64,000 bases of DNA, taken from positions 17,280,171 to 17,344,170 of the forward strand of contig CM119263.1 in the NCBI GenBank assembly GCA_051294375.1, written 5' to 3'. How positions within the stretch are numbered: position 1 is the first letter of the stretch; each line of letters opens with the position of its first letter. This document shows positions 63,801 to 64,000 of the stretch, one piece after another. The position numbers and the translations under genes were made by a program. The notes beneath the pieces were generated by a model that had not been told where the DNA came from, did not search any database, and was given only the letters and a program-made list of their open reading frames with translations. Origin of the DNA: Paraspadella gotoi. Taxonomy: Eukaryota > Animalia > Chaetognatha.

Positions 63801-64000
63801 AATAACAGTTCCTTGTTTTCCTTTTATTAACCGTCATGAAGATATTTTTTTCCAATTTAAATAATCGATATGGAATATTCCTATTCATCTAATATCTCGA
63901 CCCAAAACAGAAAAACCCTCGCATACAAATTTAAAAGAGAAAACGACGAAAAAAAGTTTTTAAAACGTAAAAATGCAGTTATGTAATATCATCGCAGGAA

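Overview
Eukaryotic, invertebrate-animal DNA: AT-rich introns (many only 55-100 nt), GC- and CpG-rich exons, abundant (CT/GA)n and (GTC/GAC)n microsatellites, and two N-gaps. The ORF track is mostly noise, so I rebuilt spliced gene models by hand from GT-AG junctions with consistent phases. Genes in order: the 5' half of a polypeptide GalNAc-transferase (minus); a 4-exon ladybird/Lbx homeobox gene with a ~9.9 kb first intron; a type I membrane protein with a degenerate F-type lectin domain; a small TEX33/CIMIP4-like gene; tRNA-Glu(TTC); a 10-exon CCHamide/EP (bombesin-family) GPCR; Rbfox/Fox-1; and a large uncharacterised gene whose C-terminal domain may be caspase-like. An intronless COMT-type O-methyltransferase sits antisense inside intron 5 of the GPCR. 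Non-autonomous transposons include a Tc1/mariner-type element, two TTAA-flanked Kolobok-like elements, two HINE/DINE-1-like families and a tRNA-derived SINE. Best leads: the nested methyltransferase, the greatly expanded receptor loops, the putative pseudo-caspase domain, GA-repeat concentration at the two developmental regulators, and Lbx without NK-cluster neighbours. All family assignments come from motif recognition by eye; no searches were run.
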